A stretch of DNA of 52,083 nt, counting the filler, from Catajapyx aquilonaris (lineage: Eukaryota), in assembly GCA_000934665.2 (NCBI GenBank). It is 3 parts of 3 records of this genome, joined end to end, with 100 filler letters (N's around TTAATTAATTAA, not from the genome) between each part and the next. Parts side by side here need not be neighbours in the genome. Positions count along the whole stretch, not along the records: positions 34,810 to 52,083 come from JYFJ02006984.1; 2 more parts are not named here. One strand, written 5' to 3'. The notes beneath the pieces were generated by a model, which saw only the letters and a program-made list of their open reading frames with translations, did no database searches and was not told the DNA's origin. Below, piece by piece: positions 48,505 to 52,083 of this stretch (position 1 is its first letter; the number at the start of each line of letters is the position of its first letter). The position numbers and the translations under genes were made by a program.

Positions 48505-48896
48505 TTGCAAGTGCGTTGCCCCAGGTAGGATTTTCCGCCGTGTCCTCACACAAATGCAATGAATTGCAATGGTGTCGAGCGTGACCAGGGGCGAACTGTG
48601 GTTTGCGGGCGGCCCCGGGGCGGCCTCGGGGCCGCTATGTGTGTTGCTCCAGGTCGGATTTTTCGCTGCAATTCGTTTCAATGGTGTCGAGAGTGACCAA
48701 GGGCGAACTGTGGTTTGTGGGCGGCCCGGGGGCGGCCCCGGGGCCGCTATGTAAGTGTGTTGCTCCAGGTCGGATTTTTCGCTGCAATTTGTTTCAATGG
48801 TGTCGAGAGTGACCAAGGGCGAACTGTGGTTTGTGGGCGGCCCGGGGGCCGCCCCGGGGCCGCTATGTAAGTGTGTTGCTCCAGGTCGGATTTTTG
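48505..48896. repeat. 116-bp tandem repeat, about 3.3 copies
   Basis: TGTGTTGCTCCAGGTCGGATTTTT starts at 48640, 48756 and 48872; each unit has a GC-rich palindrome. Confidence 0.9.
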
Positions 48897-49348
48897 CCAT
48901 GTTCAGAGTATGGTTCAGAGCACTTTCCCTCCACCATGGTTCAGAGAGAATAAACGACAGCAGCTAGTGTGGTGGGTCAAAAGTAGTGAGACTGCAACTT
49001 GTATTAACTGTTGAAATAACTGCAACTCAGTGGCAGTTAGTTATTATGCTATTTGCGACTCAGCAGCAGCTAATGCATGCGATTCCGCTATGACGTTATT
49101 CTCCTGTGTTGTCATGATGTTGGTACAGCGTGCCCCTACCCCTGCCACATTATTTCAGTCTCTCCCATTACTTCATCCTTTTTAAATAATGCCAACACCA
49201 ATTCCCAGCAGAATTTCTATGGCTGCTGATGAGTTGCAACTATTTTCAGTAACGGTTACTTAAATAACAGTTATTGCAAAGTAGCTGTTATTTGTAGTTT
49301 TGTACTACCGACGAGGGGAGCGGATCCGCGCTGATAGGGGCCCATCTG

Positions 49349-49751
49349 TAGGGCTCGGCGATATCCGAAATTACATATCTACTTTCGATACTTTAAAAAT
49401 ATCGAATCGAAGTCGATATATCGGAAATCGAAAAACCGACATCGAAAACCTACTTCGAAAAAGATCGAAAGCAGATTCGAACCGACATCGAAAAATTTCG
49501 ATTCGTAGTCGATATATCGAAAAACCGACATCGAAAACCGACATCGAAAAATATCGAATCGAAGTCGATGTATCGATTATCGAATAACCGACATCGAAAA
49601 ATATCGATAACCGAATCGAACCGACATCGAACCGACATCGAAAAATCGCGATATTCGATACATCGAACATGCCAAGCGTCGGATATCGCAACTTCGATAT
49701 TAGGAAAATATCGTATCGACAGTCGATATATCGAAATATCGCACAGCCCTA
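49349..49751. mobile_element. hAT-type MITE made of ATCG-rich repeats
   Basis: TAGGGCT...AGCCCTA termini and an 8-bp TSD CCCA(T/C)CTG. Confidence 0.8.
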
Positions 49752-51242
49752 CCCACCTGATTGGCTGGCTAGCTTCCAAGATCCTCTCATTCATGGCTGC
49801 ATGGGGGCATGCCACGTCTGGTAGGGTTCGGACACTTTTCTTACCGCCTGACGCCAGATATTTTGTCTCTCGGGCAACAGGGGGCAGCAGCATCCATCTT
49901 ACCTCGCGGATTCAAGCCAATCACGCAGTCCGTGATCGTTGAACTCCCAACCACGAGATGGCATGGCAAGAGCAGCTTAAAAGTCATTGGCTCCTTTTAA
50001 AATTAGAACAAATGAGAGCACAAGAAGCAAAACGTCATATCCTCCTGAGACCTGAGAAGATTTTTTTAACGCAATGTCAGTTCCTATTGCATTTTCTGAA
50101 CATGTTCCCAATAAGAAACGAGAAAAAAAAATTAGTTTTAAAATATCGACAAAAATGGCGACAAACAACCAATGAGAACATTAGGACCCAATTGGTGCTA
50201 CAAAAGCAGAACGGATGAAATCTGAAAATTTAAATGCCACTTAATGGATCACTAACATAGTGCTCTATCCTCCAAACAATGTTTTTAAAATTCATTTGTG
50301 GAATTAGTGGTAGCAATTCCTCTCAGAAGACAATTAAAGATAAATGAAATTATTTTTTAACGCAACCACTCCAGGCATGGGGCTTGCTCCTTCCCTTCTT
50401 ACCCGCTAAAGTGGTACCTTGCTATTCTAGATTTTAAAACTGAACTCCACAGTGAAAAGCGCACTTCCTTATGGGTGTATAGGTACAGGCACTTAAAGAA
50501 AAGTCACACCCTTTCAGCTAAAAATGCCGCTTTTCGGATGTCCATTTAAATGGGCATTTGGTCTCTGGAAGAAAAGAAAATTACCAGTTCTCTACAGCAA
50601 CAAAGATTGTCACAAAAACATATTTTCGCATGTCCTAATACACATTCCTTGCGAATCCCAGGGCATTCACTGCATTGCGAAAATCGCACTCTAAATATGA
50701 GTAAAAAAATAAAACTGATCAGATGAGCGCCTAGCTTCAGCAGCGGAATCCGCCATTTTATCCAGGATTTAATTCTGGCGGCCCAAGTCAGATATTCGAC
50801 ACTAGGTGGCTACACCTATTGAGGCCAGATTGTAACCATGCGATACCAACATATTACAGTTCTGTTGGCATTACTAGTTGGCGCCAAAAAAATCTTTTGC
50901 TGATGTCGACATAATTATGTCGACACCAGGTCTCAGGAGGATATGACTTCCGTGGGCCCTGAGGCACGTCTTTCTTCGGACGTCATATGACATCCGTGGC
51001 CCTCAACAGGTTAAAGAAGGCCGCTCAGGTCATCTCAGGTCATGTGTGTACCTACTTTTTTCCAGGTCAACCCAGCAGCAGGGTTGATTACACGTGAGCT
51101 GCTATTGGCAGCTAATATTTTCGATGGCGCCGAAGTGGGACATTTTACACGTCGCTGCCACGTCATAGCAAAATCACTGCTATTAATCACTGTTATAAAA
51201 CGACACTTGAAGTTGGTCCACCCTGTATAATAACCCCCCACC

Positions 51243-51447
51243 CGGGATGGAAAAATAACCGCTTCCTTTCCCATCAGAACCGCTTCTTACGCTTCCGCTA
51301 CCGACAACCGCTTCGCAAATGTGGAAGCGCTTAAATACCACTACCGCTTTCAGATGGAAAAAAGAAGCGCTTCCTGAGAAGCGCTTCTGTGTAGGGATGG
51401 AAAAAAGAACCGCTTCCTTGAAGGAAGCGGTTATTTTTCCATCCCTG
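51243..51447. mobile_element. MITE (related partial copy at about 47811-48010)
   Basis: GGGATGGAAAAATAACCGCTTCC...GGAAGCGGTTATTTTTCCATCCCTG with internal CCGCTTC/AAGCGCTT repeats. Confidence 0.7.
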
Positions 51448-51512
51448 ATTTGAGGGAATTTATGTTTGTTTGTCCATGCGAAATATGTTAGGTCCATGAC
51501 ATTAAGGTGGAT

Positions 51513-52083
51513 GGTATCGGGTCATTTCACCGACACCCACCCGGCCGACAGGCTATTTCACCGACAGACATTTCACCGACACACCCACTCCACCGACAAG
51601 CCATGTCACCGACACACCCACTCCACCGACAAGCCATTTCACCGACATCCCCATTCCACCGACAAGCCATTTCACCGACAAGGATGCTCCCCGGCAGGGC
51701 GTTTCACCGACAGTCATTTGATCGACAAATTTACCCACACAATTCCGATATGAAAACCATCCAGTCACTGGAGAGACGGGGTCCACAACACATCTTTTAG
51801 CGCATCTTTTAGCGAATCGGGTCGTCACCTGCAGCTTCCCCGGTAAGCAGTTGTTGTCTGGGTGTCTGACTACAGGTATTTCATTCATCAATGTAATTGG
51901 AAATGTATATTCCGTTTATATTTTATAGAAATGGGAGACATCTGTCAGGTGGTTCCTTCCATAAGGGGCGCGGCGAAAATTAACGCGAAGGGGTACCTAA
52001 TGGTAAAGGACAAGAACCGAGAGGACTTGTATTATTGGAACTGTGAGTGGAAACACAGGCGAGATTTTGAGTGCGCAGGTCGG
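51513..52083 (+). mobile_element. Left end of a Mutator-like (MULE) transposon with a tandem-repeat TIR
   Basis: GG-starting terminus with an array of CATTTCACCGACA-type repeats (51520-51730), followed by a FLYWCH-type ORF. Confidence 0.75.
51931..52083 (+). CDS. FLYWCH zinc-finger N-terminus of a MULE transposase (truncated by the window end)
   Basis: MGDICQVVPSIRGAAKINAKGYLMVKDKNREDLYYWNCEWKHRRDFECAGR fits the FLYWCH pattern S.RG......GY.........YW.C.......C.GR. Confidence 0.75.
   Translation, partial: MGDICQVVPSIRGAAKINAKGYLMVKDKNREDLYYWNCEWKHRRDFECAGR

Larger units (their letters stand above)
48371..51010. mobile_element. piggyBac-like non-autonomous element
   Basis: TTAA|CCTGTTGAGGGCCA...TGGCCCTCAACAGG|TTAA. 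Confidence 0.8.
48182..51225. mobile_element. Tc1/mariner-type non-autonomous element hosting nested insertions
   Basis: TA|CAGGGTGGACCAACTTCAAGTGTCG...CGACACTTGAAGTTGGTCCACCCTG|TA with ~140-bp TIRs. Confidence 0.85.

Noticed and set aside
48505..48896. CRISPR-like repeat array (also 51520-51730)
   Set aside because: The units are fully repeated with no unique spacers, there are no cas genes, and the context is eukaryotic transposons.
49300..49942. Long overlapping Arg/Ile/Asp-rich ORFs
   Set aside because: Produced by ATCG-rich repeats within a hAT MITE.

Overview
Eukaryotic, intron-rich and transposon-rich DNA, most likely from an arthropod, judging by the insect/crustacean-type gustatory and ionotropic receptor genes. 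It is not one contiguous locus. Two identical 100-nt artificial linkers (44N-TTAATTAATTAA-44N at 17346-17445 and 34710-34809) join three ~17.3 kb segments that should be treated as unlinked. Segment 1 holds three internal exons of an S-adenosylmethionine synthetase (MAT) gene, with introns full of nested MITEs, Helitron-like elements and a modular tRNA-derived SINE family. Segment 2 is a chemoreceptor cluster: one intact 4-exon gustatory receptor (GR), a paralogous GR that is intact apart from one early UGA-C stop (a readthrough candidate), the 5' stub of a third GR, and an intronless divergent ionotropic receptor, followed by LINE and Helitron remnants. Segment 3 holds LINE, mariner and possible KDZ remnants, a complete 6-exon, kinase-only HIPK/DYRK-like CMGC kinase with an unusual activation loop, nested MITEs, and the left end of a FLYWCH-MULE transposon. 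I found no unambiguous new multi-gene system. The best leads are the UGA-C GR, the altered METTL16-type splice acceptor of MAT, the divergent kinase and the tail-swapping SINEs.
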